A stretch of DNA of 32,000 nucleotides, taken from positions 2,220,001-2,252,000 of the forward strand of contig NZ_CP013213.1 in the NCBI RefSeq assembly GCF_001545095.1, in the 5' to 3' direction. Both the position numbers and the translations under genes were made by a program. Below the pieces are notes generated by a model that saw only the letters and a list, made by a program, of their open reading frames with translations, was not told the origin of the DNA and did not search any database. This DNA comes from Erysipelothrix larvae. GTDB taxonomy: Bacteria; Bacillota_I; Bacilli_A; Erysipelotrichales; Erysipelotrichaceae. Positions 8,409-19,014 of this stretch are shown piece by piece; positions within the stretch are counted from its first letter, which is position 1, and every line of letters starts with the position of its first letter.

Positions 8409-9971
8409 GTTTGGGATTATTTTGGTTCAATCACAAATCTTGTGGGATGGCACATTCCTAACATAGGTTTTCCTACTTGCATCAATTAACTTTAAGAAGA
8501 AGTATTCATCATCAGGGTAACCATAACCTTGTCTTCGTAGAGTCTTGATTTTATTATTGATACCTTCTATTTTACCCGCAGAAATCTTAATAGTTGCATG
8601 AGCGATGATTCCTTCAAAGTGATTGTCTAAGAGTCGTCCAAACCATTGAAAGTGTTTGTTTTTTGTAGCTTGACAGATTTCGACAATTGAACTGATTTCA
8701 TCTGCCATTTTACTCTCATCATTAAGGGTGTATGCGTAGCGCAATTTCTCTTTTACCACATCCAGTGTGAAGATTAATGCATTCTCTTTCAATAGTTCAT
8801 CGTAACGTACTTCATGACCTTCTTTACGCGTAATGTTGGGTATATTAAATAAAGAACTGCCTTCCTTGATAATCTTTCCATTTCTGGCTTCATTGTCTTT
8901 TCTAATGAGCGTTTCTCGTGATGACATTAAGATGTATCTTGTCTTCTTAAGTGCCGCAGCAGCCTCTATATTCCCTTCATTCTTCAAACGATTTTGCTCA
9001 TCCTTGCGAACCTCGTTGATGACCTTATCATTAAAGTTTTTGATGATATGAAAATGATCAAATACAACTTGGATGTGTTCGCATTTTTCTTCAAACGCTT
9101 CTTGGTAATTTGAGTTCATATCGCATGCAACAGCTTCAACGTGATCCATCCACTTTAGGCCAACATGCTCTATAAAATCATAGACGACTTGCTTCTTCTT
9201 TCCGTGTGCAATCCATAAAATGTGACCCGTTTCCATATCGATAATATGGGTTGCATACTTATGTCCATCATGGAGTTTAAACTCATCAATGCCTAGGTAT
9301 CGTGTGTAGTCCTCTGGTTTCTTTAGTACCTCGCCATCAATTGTATAGAGTTCTTTCAAGCGTTTGAGGTCGATGGCTTTAACAGTGTTTTTCCCTAATC
9401 CTGTAATCTCAGCGACTTGCTTGAGGGTATATGTTCCAATACTGAGTAGGTCTCTTGTATAGTTTTCAAGTTCAATAGTAATAAAGTGGTTTTCAGCCTT
9501 AAACGGTACACTCTGCATCTTTGAATTCCTACAAGAAACACAATAGAATTGGGGTCTATCAAAACGAACATGCATCAGTGTTGCACCAATACTTAAATGC
9601 CTTAGTGTGCACGGTTTACGATTGTTTATATGCATCACCTTACCACAACCGCTGCATACTTTATCTGTTTCTTGAACTTCTAAAATACCATGCATGCAAT
9701 AAGCATCTCTTTGGGATCTTGTTGTTTCGATTGTGGTGTTGGTGTTATGAAATCCACGGAGTGTATTAGGGATTAAGAAATGATTTAAACATAGTTCTTG
9801 TGATTGGGTTAGTGTCTGTGTATAATTCATGTATGGACCTTCCTGTTTGTTTATTCTGCAAAATAAATTCTACAGTAAGGTCTTTTTTCATTCAAGTTGT
9901 TATTATTTTACAAATGTCATTCACAGGCAATCCCACATAAAAAGTGATTGACCCATTATTTTTCACCAAAC
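8409..9971 (-). mobile_element. ISL3-family insertion sequence (single transposase, about 40-bp imperfect terminal inverted repeats)
   Basis: IR-L (8409-8448) is GTTTGGGATTATTTTGGTTCAATCACAAATCTTGTGGGAT. The reverse complement of IR-R (9930-9971) is GTTTGGTGAAAAATAATGGGTCAATCACTTTTTATGTGGGAT. They share the blocks GTTTGG, GGTCAATCAC-like and TGTGGGAT. The exact termini are uncertain. Confidence 0.75.
8427..9830 (-). CDS. ISL3-family transposase
   Basis: 467 aa. It has an N-terminal zinc-ribbon-like CxxC...CxxC (CSGCGKV...CVSCRN). The DDE region contains LGIDEFKL, HVEAVACDMN and the typical C-terminal EGINNKIKTLRRQGYGY. Confidence 0.9.
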   Translation of the reverse strand: MNYTQTLTQSQELCLNHFLIPNTLRGFHNTNTTIETTRSQRDAYCMHGILEVQETDKVCSGCGKVMHINNRKPCTLRHLSIGATLMHVRFDRPQFYCVSCRNSKMQSVPFKAENHFITIELENYTRDLLSIGTYTLKQVAEITGLGKNTVKAIDLKRLKELYTIDGEVLKKPEDYTRYLGIDEFKLHDGHKYATHIIDMETGHILWIAHGKKKQVVYDFIEHVGLKWMDHVEAVACDMNSNYQEAFEEKCEHIQVVFDHFHIIKNFNDKVINEVRKDEQNRLKNEGNIEAAAALKKTRYILMSSRETLIRKDNEARNGKIIKEGSSLFNIPNITRKEGHEVRYDELLKENALIFTLDVVKEKLRYAYTLNDESKMADEISSIVEICQATKNKHFQWFGRLLDNHFEGIIAHATIKISAGKIEGINNKIKTLRRQGYGYPDDEYFFLKLIDASRKTYVRNVPSHKICD

Positions 9972-10043
9972 AGTTTAAAGTCAACGTGATTTTGAAATTA
10001 ATGTTCATATAAATATAGAGACTTCAATTTACTTAAATGTAAT

Positions 10044-10091
10044 AAAAAAGTAAGGCTTTCGTTTATTTTTAAATAAACCTAAACCTTACTT
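10044..10091 (-). terminator. Rho-independent (potentially bidirectional) terminator after the GH1 gene
   Basis: AAGTAAGG (10049-10056) pairs with CCTTACTT (10084-10091), with an inner GTTTAT/ATAAAC stem. An A-run precedes it and a T-run follows it on the plus strand. Confidence 0.55.
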
Positions 10092-10110
10092 TTCATATTA
10101 TTTGAACGTA

Positions 10111-11613
<1,503 letters not shown>

Positions 11614-12921
11614 TTATACTGATTCTTTTTGAGCTGATTTATTTGCCATTGCTACAAACGGTAAATAAATTGCAACACATATTACAAATACGATACATAC
11701 TGAAAGCGCAGTCTGCCACGATCCAGAAGCAGATAAGAATGCTTTTAGAGGCTGTGGTGTTGTCCATCCCACATCAAGTGTTCCAGGAGATGCAAACCCA
11801 ATACTAATCATAAATGCGCCTAAGGCCATTGAAATAATTGGAGATAGTATGAATGGAATTACCATTATCGGATTTAAAACAATCGGTAATCCAAATATGA
11901 TTGGCTCATTAATACAGAATAGTCCTGGAACGAGCGCGAGTTTGGCAATCGTTGTATAATCACTTCTTACCCAATTTTTACGTCGTGATAGAATCAAAAT
12001 TGCGACAATCAATGCCAATGTATTTCCTGTTCCTCCTATACATCCGTAGTTTTCAAAAAGAACAAACCATGTGAACGGGTATGGAGATCCTGCAGTAGTT
12101 CCAGCTTGAGCTGCATAGGCAATGTTTTGTAGATTCATTGCAGAATAGATTGAAATGTAGATTGGTGACACAGTCGACGTTCCATGAATACCAAATGACC
12201 ATAATATCATTGCAATAAAAATGAGTACCAGCGGTGTCCATACTGTTGCGCCAATTGTTTCTACTGGTTTTTTAAGCACAGAGTAAATCAACACATTTAT
12301 ACCTTCAGGTTCAACAAACGCTACAATATAAGCTATTATTGACGTTGAAATCAGAATTATAATCGTTGGAATTGCAACCATAAATGATTTCATAACTTCT
12401 GGTGGCACTGTTTCTGGCATTTTAATCTTCAAAGCATCAATTTCAGTCAACTTTGCGAATGCATATCCGACAAATAAACCTGCAATAATAGCAACGAAGA
12501 TTCCGTTTGCTCCTAAAAATGACCCTGGTACATTGCCATCAATGCGCGGAGGATACAATACAAAGAATGCAGCAATTGCTGTAATTCCAGCTTTTGTTCC
12601 ATCAGCATTATACTGATTTGCCATGTTACGTGCGATTAGAAACGCTGCAAAGATAGCCATGATATCAATCGTCCCATTTAATATAGGGCTTAATATTGCT
12701 TGTAAATTATTTAAATTCGGCAATACTTTGACGAGGTATTGTCCGACAAATCCATCTGAACTCAAGAAAACTACATTTATCATCACAACTAACGAGCCTG
12801 CTAAAGTTAGTGGAAATAATTGTAGAAACCCATCTCTCACCGCAACTAGTCCTTTAATTGTATTGAGTTTTTGAGCAATAGGCATAAATATTCTTTCGAT
12901 TAATGCACTAAATTTTTCCAT
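11614..12921 (-). CDS. PTS EIIC component, lactose/cellobiose (CelB) family
   Basis: 435 aa polytopic membrane protein. The N-terminus (FMPIAQKLNTIKGLVAVRDGF) and the internal WSFGIHG motif are typical of cellobiose-type EIIC. Confidence 0.88.
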   Translation of the reverse strand: MEKFSALIERIFMPIAQKLNTIKGLVAVRDGFLQLFPLTLAGSLVVMINVVFLSSDGFVGQYLVKVLPNLNNLQAILSPILNGTIDIMAIFAAFLIARNMANQYNADGTKAGITAIAAFFVLYPPRIDGNVPGSFLGANGIFVAIIAGLFVGYAFAKLTEIDALKIKMPETVPPEVMKSFMVAIPTIIILISTSIIAYIVAFVEPEGINVLIYSVLKKPVETIGATVWTPLVLIFIAMILWSFGIHGTSTVSPIYISIYSAMNLQNIAYAAQAGTTAGSPYPFTWFVLFENYGCIGGTGNTLALIVAILILSRRKNWVRSDYTTIAKLALVPGLFCINEPIIFGLPIVLNPIMVIPFILSPIISMALGAFMISIGFASPGTLDVGWTTPQPLKAFLSASGSWQTALSVCIVFVICVAIYLPFVAMANKSAQKESV

Positions 12922-12937
12922 AATTATCCTTTCTTTA

Positions 12938-12958
12938 ATTACGATGTAATATCGTAAT
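12938..12958 (-). other. Perfect 8-bp stem-loop in the 5' leader, 4 nt upstream of the EIIC Shine-Dalgarno sequence
   Basis: ATTACGAT (12938-12945) and ATCGTAAT (12951-12958) flank a 5-nt loop. No U-run follows on the minus strand. Confidence 0.4.
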
Positions 12959-13073
12959 CTTCCCCTTAATCCTTATAAACCATATTATTCTTATTCATCT
13001 AGTGAAACACCCACCAAAATACCACCTCCAATCCTCACCATAGCTTTTTTGTTCCACTAAATCTGATGTCTTT

Positions 13074-13096
13074 AAGCATCATCAAAGATGATGCTT
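13074..13096. promoter_or_regulatory. Perfect inverted repeat AAGCATCATC-N3-GATGATGCTT; candidate operator upstream of the cellobiose-type operon
   Basis: Read directly from the sequence: 10-bp arms with a 3-bp spacer, about 155 nt upstream of the EIIC start and downstream of the regulator terminator. Confidence 0.3.
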
Positions 13097-13175
13097 CATT
13101 ACAAACATAGTATATCGCGAGTAATTTTGAATTCATCATTCATTATTTCCTTATCAATATAGAATAATAAGGAAG

Positions 13176-13198
13176 TAAAAAAGCAGCGAAGTGCTGCT
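13176..13198 (-). terminator. Rho-independent terminator of the LicR-like regulator gene
   Basis: AGCAGC (13182-13187) pairs with GCTGCT (13193-13198). The plus-strand A-run at 13176-13182 gives a U-run on the minus transcript. It overlaps the stop codon. Confidence 0.6.
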
Positions 13199-15068
13199 AG
13201 TAATTTTCAAAGATATTCATGAATGTTTGAGAATCTGGAGTTTTCAATAGTTGATTTAACGCTTCTTTACTACGCATGATTGAAGAGACTTTGTCAAACA
13301 AAATGGGGAGTTGTTTCTCATCATGTTTCGATCCACACACGATAAAGAGAAATCGAACTCGCTTATTTTTTTGCCACTCTAATGGATACTTTAAAACACC
13401 TACACTCAGTGTGGTTTTCTCAGATAAGAGATGATCTGGATGATACAATGCAATGCCATTTCCATAGACGATATCTCCCATGCTCTCTCTTCTTTTTAAT
13501 GCAGATAATAGATCTTCATCACACATATTAGTCTCCATTGTAATATTGCACAATTTCTTTAGTATATCATCCTTGGTTGTTCGTTCATCAAAATAGACAA
13601 AAAGTTCTTCCCTAAAGTAACTTGTTTCTTTAAGATCACCATCATAAAGAGCATATCGAATTGTATTGATGTCTTTTGGCTCCAAAAAGTAATTAATTTT
13701 TATTGCGTCTACGGGAAGTGGTGTTTTGTCATCATATGTCGTAAAATATGCATCATAGATCGAAAGGTCAATGTCAGAAATGGCTATGAGATTTGTAATA
13801 TCTAGTTTGCTAATCAGATGGGAAAATAGGTTCAAGAAATTTTGCCGCAACAACAGTGTTTCGCCACTCTGATACGGTCCAATGATTAATACCTTTTTAT
13901 TACTATTTAGATTATGATTGTCTTCAATCGCCTTGACTAAATGAACTGCAATAAAACCTAATTCATCTTCTACAATTTTAATATCATATTTGTCTTCTAT
14001 TTTTTTGGCAAGTAATACTGCTAGGTCATAACCTAACGGATAATTAAGCTTTATATCTTCGTTCATCTCATTTGATAAACTAAAGTTATACTTTGCACGG
14101 TGAATCAGGGATACTATATGAAGCGATAATGCAATTCGATTTTCGACTTGATTTCTTAAATCAATTTTATACCTTTCAAAAACTTCTTCAAATAGTGAAG
14201 TCGTTAGTCCATCAATATCCTTGTTAATAGTTGTATGTTCATAGTTTCTTTTCCCCTTGATATTTATTGCAAGACTTAAGATTTCCTCGTTTGGTATAAC
14301 CATATCAAAGTCAATTTCAACGCGGCTCATTATTTCCTTTGCAATTTGATATTCAGCGCCTTCAACAAGTCTATTATCAATTTCCTTTTCGCTTAAAAAG
14401 CACAATTGATTCATACGTTTTATTGTATATGATATATGAACAATCAAATTTTGAATCACAATATCTGATGCAATATAGCGGTTATAGGTAAATACTTCAA
14501 CAACTATGCGACTTACACGTTTCACAATCTCTTGTTCATCATACAGCAAACTATTGATGTTGATGTTTTCATGTATAATACATCTTCTTTTATCCGCTTC
14601 TTCACCATCAATTATCATTCCAAAGTGAGGTTTTACCCGTAAGGTGAGTTCATACTCTGAAAGAACCACTCTTACGCGATTCAAATCCTTTGTCATGCGG
14701 GACTCTGACACGAATAACTCTCGTAGTAATGTTTCCTTCAAAATAAAAGTGTGGGTATTAAATAAGCGAAAAAGAATATGCATAACACGTGAGTCTTCTT
14801 CACATAAATTTCGACACATTTTTATATTATCATTTTGCTCACTTATATATTTTTCATAGAGTTTACTATTTTCAAATTCAAGTTTATATCCATATCCCTG
14901 TTTTGCTAAAATGACTGTTTTGTAGTCTTTCAGCTCATCTTTTAATTTTCGGATATCCGATTGAATCGTTTTATCACTTACGCCAATGCAATAAGAAAGC
15001 TCTTTGGAACTGATCCATTGATTCTTGTTTTCGGATAACGTTTGCAATATTTCCATTTTTCTTATCAT
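13197..15068 (-). CDS. PRD-domain transcriptional regulator, LicR/BglG family (HTH + PRDs + C-terminal EIIA-2-like domain)
   Basis: The N-terminal HTH is ISSKELSYCIGVSDKTIQSDIRKLK, and the C-terminal EIIA-like region is GIALYHPDH...VRFLFIV. The start is uncertain. ATG at 15066-15068 (MIRKMEILQ...) has AAGGA 9 nt upstream; the ORF-track GTG start is at 15095. Confidence 0.82.
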   Translation of the reverse strand: MIRKMEILQTLSENKNQWISSKELSYCIGVSDKTIQSDIRKLKDELKDYKTVILAKQGYGYKLEFENSKLYEKYISEQNDNIKMCRNLCEEDSRVMHILFRLFNTHTFILKETLLRELFVSESRMTKDLNRVRVVLSEYELTLRVKPHFGMIIDGEEADKRRCIIHENININSLLYDEQEIVKRVSRIVVEVFTYNRYIASDIVIQNLIVHISYTIKRMNQLCFLSEKEIDNRLVEGAEYQIAKEIMSRVEIDFDMVIPNEEILSLAINIKGKRNYEHTTINKDIDGLTTSLFEEVFERYKIDLRNQVENRIALSLHIVSLIHRAKYNFSLSNEMNEDIKLNYPLGYDLAVLLAKKIEDKYDIKIVEDELGFIAVHLVKAIEDNHNLNSNKKVLIIGPYQSGETLLLRQNFLNLFSHLISKLDITNLIAISDIDLSIYDAYFTTYDDKTPLPVDAIKINYFLEPKDINTIRYALYDGDLKETSYFREELFVYFDERTTKDDILKKLCNITMETNMCDEDLLSALKRRESMGDIVYGNGIALYHPDHLLSEKTTLSVGVLKYPLEWQKNKRVRFLFIVCGSKHDEKQLPILFDKVSSIMRSKEALNQLLKTPDSQTFMNIFENY

Positions 15069-15311
15069 AAATATCATTCCTTTGATAAGACCCACCCTAT
15101 CTCTTTTAATCTTATCAAATTTGGTTTATTGACACAAATTGATTTTATTTTGATTCCTATTGAACACAAAGCTTTTCTATCTTATTTAGTTATCAAATGT
15201 TTCTATTGTCAACATAAACAACACTCTGTAATTCATCTACTATACAGTATCGAATTGAACTGAACATCAAGTAAAATGCCGTTTACCTATAAATTTATGA
15301 TATATCTATCT

Positions 15312-15321
15312 GTGCTACAAT
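15312..15321 (+). promoter_or_regulatory. Extended -10 promoter element GTGCTACAAT upstream of surface-protein gene 1
   Basis: An identical 10-mer occurs upstream of the paralogue (19348-19357). It lies about 38 nt before the ATG at 15359. Confidence 0.4.
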
Positions 15322-15358
15322 GAGCGTGAAAATGGGATATTCCCATGGGAGGTAAAGA

Positions 15359-17363
15359 ATGAAACACAAGCTCATAAAAGGCTTTATGCTTTTGTCATTA
15401 AGTATTTTTATGTTAATTAATGGTTCTGCAGTAAAAGCTCAAACATCCGTATCGTTAACGGTTCACCATGTTGATGAATATGGTGCACCGATTGCAAATG
15501 AAGAAACGTATAATGGTTTATCTGGAGATACAGTAACTCTAAAACGATCGTAGTAGTGTTTATTACAAAGCACCACACAATCTCAGCTATACATATACAT
15601 CGGAATTAGACCAAGAGTATACCCTAGTCTATACATCAAATTATTATAGGGGAGCCAACGGTTTTCATTCCATCTATTTTGAAACACTTCATACTCAATC
15701 GAAATTCAATGATAGATCTGCGGAATATGATGGAGATCTTGGGTATTTCCCAACGATTCCTAACGAAAAAATGCAGATGAAATATATTTATTCATCAAAT
15801 CTAGAATCAACAAAAGACAAGATAATTGATGTGCATATTTCATTGCCACGTTCAGGAGTTTTAAATATTGATAGTAATTTCGATACCTATATTTATAAAG
15901 AGGACGGAACAACTCCTTTAAATTCGATTTACGTAGATATGCTTGATGGATCACGTCAAAGTAAACTTGATCCTACAACTAATGGTATCTCTATTGAATA
16001 TCTGTTCGCGACATTAAATAACCCTAATTATGATTTCTATTCAAATGTTAACCCTTCAGAAATCACAGACATTATTATTCGACTTACGTTTGCATCTGAT
16101 ATTCCGACAAGTGGGTCAATGTACACAGATAAGATTTATGTAGTCAGCGCTTTTGAAGCTAATCTTAACCCAACTGCCATTGCAAACCAATCACAAATTA
16201 GTGGATTTGCTTATAGGGCAACAAATTTCTCATCGATAACGGTAAACTTAACGACAAAATTTAATATTCTTTCCTCATCGGTAAAAGGTGAAGTCCGTGA
16301 ACAAGTGGATCAAACACCCTCTTGGCCAGCAGCTAAACCAATAGAAAACCAAACTATCGATATTGTGGATAACCAAACGGACCAATCGATCGATTCCGAT
16401 AAAACCGACACAAATGGTATGTTCGAATTTAATGCTTTATCGAGGAGCTTTGATGAGTTTAGGATTGAAGTGGACGGAACCGGGTATACACCCTATATTG
16501 TTTATGAAGATGCTGCGGGGAATGATCAATATCTACAAGGATTTTCTGTTGATAGCGCTCTAGTTCCAAGTCTATTCCTGCAACCTTACCCTAATATCTT
16601 ATGGAAATCAAACACAAGCAGCCAATACGCATTAGCGGCTCAAAACTTAAGGTTCCTGCTCGTGAAACACCCTATTCCTGTTACCTACACAGTGGAATAT
16701 CGTGATGGTGGTGCAACAGCAGGTAAAGTACCTATTGATTCAAATCTTTATAATCCGCAAGATGAAGTAACCCTTCTTGGACAAAATAACCTCTTAAGGG
16801 ATGGGTATACATTTAAAGGGTGGTCAGTGGTAAATGATCCTACGATATACACACCAAATTCAAAATATACCATCAATCAAAATGTAGAGTTTATCGCAGT
16901 TTGGGAAAAGGATGCCGTTAAGCCTGTTATTCCAACACCAACTCCTACACCTACACCTACACCAACGCCTACTCCTACACCAACGCCTACTCCTACACCT
17001 ACACCTACACCAACGCCTACACCAACACCAACGCCTACACCAACACCAACGCCTACTCCTACCCCAACGCCTACACCTACACCAACGCCTACACCTACAC
17101 CAACGCCTACACCTACTCCGGCACCTACACCAACGCCTACTCCTACACCTACACCAACGCCTACTCCTACTCCGACACCAACACCAACACCTACGCCTAC
17201 GCCAGTTGTGCCTACTCCAGTTGTGCCAACACCTACTGTTCCAACTCCACCTGCTCAATTACCTAGCGCGGGGACAGTTTTAGTTGGCGGAGGTCTTGCA
17301 GTTGTATCTGTAATTGTTGGTTTAATCCTAATTTTTGGATCAAAGAAACATAGAAATTCTTAA
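15359..17363 (+). pseudogene. Frameshifted cell-wall-anchored surface protein (paralogue of 19398-21722): signal peptide, MucBP-like N-terminal module, one Listeria-Bacteroides (Flg_new-type) repeat, (TP)n stalk, LPSAG sorting signal
   Basis: The 64-aa ORF (15359-15553) aligns to the paralogue N-terminus (LTVHHVDEYGAPI vs [13 protein letters not shown]). Homology then continues in the +1 frame from 15549 ([44 protein letters not shown]... vs [42 protein letters not shown]...) into the 530-aa ORF. This implies a 1-nt insertion or 2-nt deletion within 15545-15549. The C-terminus is LPSAG followed by a hydrophobic helix and KKHR. Confidence 0.8.
16932..17203 (+). repeat. (Thr-Pro)n-coding hexanucleotide tandem repeat (ACN-CCN), about 45 units
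   Basis: Read directly from the sequence; it translates to PTPTPTP... with one APT interruption. The codons are synonymously scrambled (ACA/ACG/ACT, CCA/CCT/CCG). Confidence 0.9.
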
Positions 17364-17479
17364 TTTAACAGAAATGCCCAGAAGTCTCCGACTTCTATAA
17401 GTGGGGGATGAATTGGCTGTCTTTAACCCTTAAATCATGATATAATATAGTCAGTAGAAATGTAAGGGGAGTGCATAAT

Positions 17480-17884
17480 ATGCAGGTTTTAGACAATAAT
17501 GCTCATTCTGTGTTTTTATTGACATATCATATGGTTTTTGTCACAAAATATCGCAGAAAAGTCATCAACGATTCAATTTCGAAACGGGCTCATGAAATCT
17601 TTGTTTCCATTGCTCCAAACTACAATATCACCTGTATTGAATGGAATCATGATGTTGACCATGTTCATATTCTATTCAAAGCCCATCCAAATACACCACT
17701 TAGCAAGTTTATCAATGCTTACAAAAGTGCAAGCAGTCGCTTGATTAAGAAAGAATTTCCAGAAGTGAAAGCATCCCTTTGGAAAGATGCTTTTTGGTCA
17801 AAGAGTTTCTGCTTGATTTCTGTTGGTGGTGCACCTCTAGAAGTGTTGAAACAGTATATTGAGACACAGGGGGAAAAGCGATGA
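17480..17884 (+). CDS. tnpA: IS200/IS605-family Y1 (HUH) transposase TnpA
   Basis: The N-terminus LLTYHMVFVTKYRRKV, the HUH motif in DHVHILF and the C-terminal catalytic-Tyr helix LEVLKQYIETQ are present. The start is refined to ATG at 17480, 9 nt after AAGGGGA; the track's GTG at 17471 has no spacer. Confidence 0.9.
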   Translation: MQVLDNNAHSVFLLTYHMVFVTKYRRKVINDSISKRAHEIFVSIAPNYNITCIEWNHDVDHVHILFKAHPNTPLSKFINAYKSASSRLIKKEFPEVKASLWKDAFWSKSFCLISVGGAPLEVLKQYIETQGEKR

Positions 17885-19014
17885 AACGTGCCTACAGGTT
17901 TAGAATTTATCCAAACCAAGAGCAAATCATCTTTTTCGCAAAAACGTTTGGTTGTGTTCGTAAGACGTATAACCTCATGCTTGAAGAGCGGCTTCAAATG
18001 AATGAGGATTATCGAAACGGACTTCCAACAAACGGTAAAATTCCAACACCTGCAAAGTATAAGGAAGATTACCCTTATTTGAAGGAAGTAGACAGTCTTG
18101 CCTTAGCGAATGCACAATTGAATCTTGACCGAGCATTTAAGAATTGTTATCGAGATCCAAAGGTAGGTGAGCCAAAGTATAAATCAAGAAAAATGGAGCA
18201 GTCCTATACCACAAACAATCAAAAAGGAACAATATCCGTTAAAAATCATAAATACCTTAAACTGCCAAAACTTAAGAGTCTTGTGAGAATCAAGATGCAT
18301 CGTCACCCAAAAGGTGATATTAAATCCGCAACGATATCAAGGAGTACAACAGGAATCTATCACGTCTCACTCTTAGTCGAAGAAACAATCGAGCACCTAC
18401 CTAAGACGGGGTCTGAGATTGGGATTGATCTTGGATTGATTGCTTTTGCGGTGCTCTCTGATGGAAGACGTATTCCAAACCCACGGTTCACAAACCAAGA
18501 AGCACAGACACTGAAACGAGAACAACGTAAGTTATCAAAACGTAAAAGGGAGGCAAAGAAACGGGGTGTCCCGCTGAGGGAAGCCAAGAATTACCAAAAG
18601 CAAAAGTTAAAAGTCGCACGAATCCATGAGAAGATCGCAAATCGACGCAATGATTTCTTAAACAAGGTGAGTAAGGAGCTAATCGAGAACCATGATGTGC
18701 TCTGTATAGAAACCTTAAAAGTTAAAGAAATGATGAAGACGAAGCGGGTTTCAAAGAGTATTGCAGATGTGTCGTGGTCACGATTTGTGGCAAAGCTCGA
18801 ATACAAAGCCGGTTGGTATGGGAAAAAAGTAATCAAGATTGATTCCTGGTATCCGTCCAGTCAGCTGTGTTCTCACTGTGGATATAATGATGGAAAGAAA
18901 CCACTGGAGATACGTCAATGGGAATGTTCCAACTGCAACATCACACACGATCGTGATTTGAATGCAAGCATCAATATCCTGGATGAAGGATTAAGACTTT
19001 CGCATCAATCCTAA
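17881..19014 (+). CDS. tnpB: IS605 OrfB-type TnpB, an RNA-guided RuvC-like endonuclease
   Basis: 377 aa. The N-terminus is KRAYRFRIYPNQEQ. RuvC-I Asp lies in IGIDLGL, RuvC-II Glu in LCIETLKV and RuvC-III Asp in HDRDLNASINI. The zinc finger is CSHCG...CSNCN. No internal stops. Confidence 0.9.
   Translation: MKRAYRFRIYPNQEQIIFFAKTFGCVRKTYNLMLEERLQMNEDYRNGLPTNGKIPTPAKYKEDYPYLKEVDSLALANAQLNLDRAFKNCYRDPKVGEPKYKSRKMEQSYTTNNQKGTISVKNHKYLKLPKLKSLVRIKMHRHPKGDIKSATISRSTTGIYHVSLLVEETIEHLPKTGSEIGIDLGLIAFAVLSDGRRIPNPRFTNQEAQTLKREQRKLSKRKREAKKRGVPLREAKNYQKQKLKVARIHEKIANRRNDFLNKVSKELIENHDVLCIETLKVKEMMKTKRVSKSIADVSWSRFVAKLEYKAGWYGKKVIKIDSWYPSSQLCSHCGYNDGKKPLEIRQWECSNCNITHDRDLNASINILDEGLRLSHQS

Noticed and set aside
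8401-9979. 8-bp target-site duplication flanking the ISL3 element
   Set aside because: The flanks at my inferred ends (TCATCAAA at 8401-8408 and AGTTTAAA at 9972-9979) are not identical. I could not find a convincing duplication within a few bases, so none is annotated.
15540-15553. Programmed ribosomal frameshift or homopolymer phase-variation switch at the adhesin frameshift
   Set aside because: There is no slippery heptamer and no downstream pseudoknot or hairpin. The only homopolymer is A4, which is too short for typical slipped-strand phase variation. A simple mutation or a sequencing error is more parsimonious.
16860-17283. ORFs 16860-17258 (-) and 16912-17283 (+) with RCRS/HLHQRL-type translations
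   Set aside because: They are frame artefacts of the (ACN-CCN)n Thr-Pro repeat inside the surface-protein gene. They have no ribosome-binding site or independent support.
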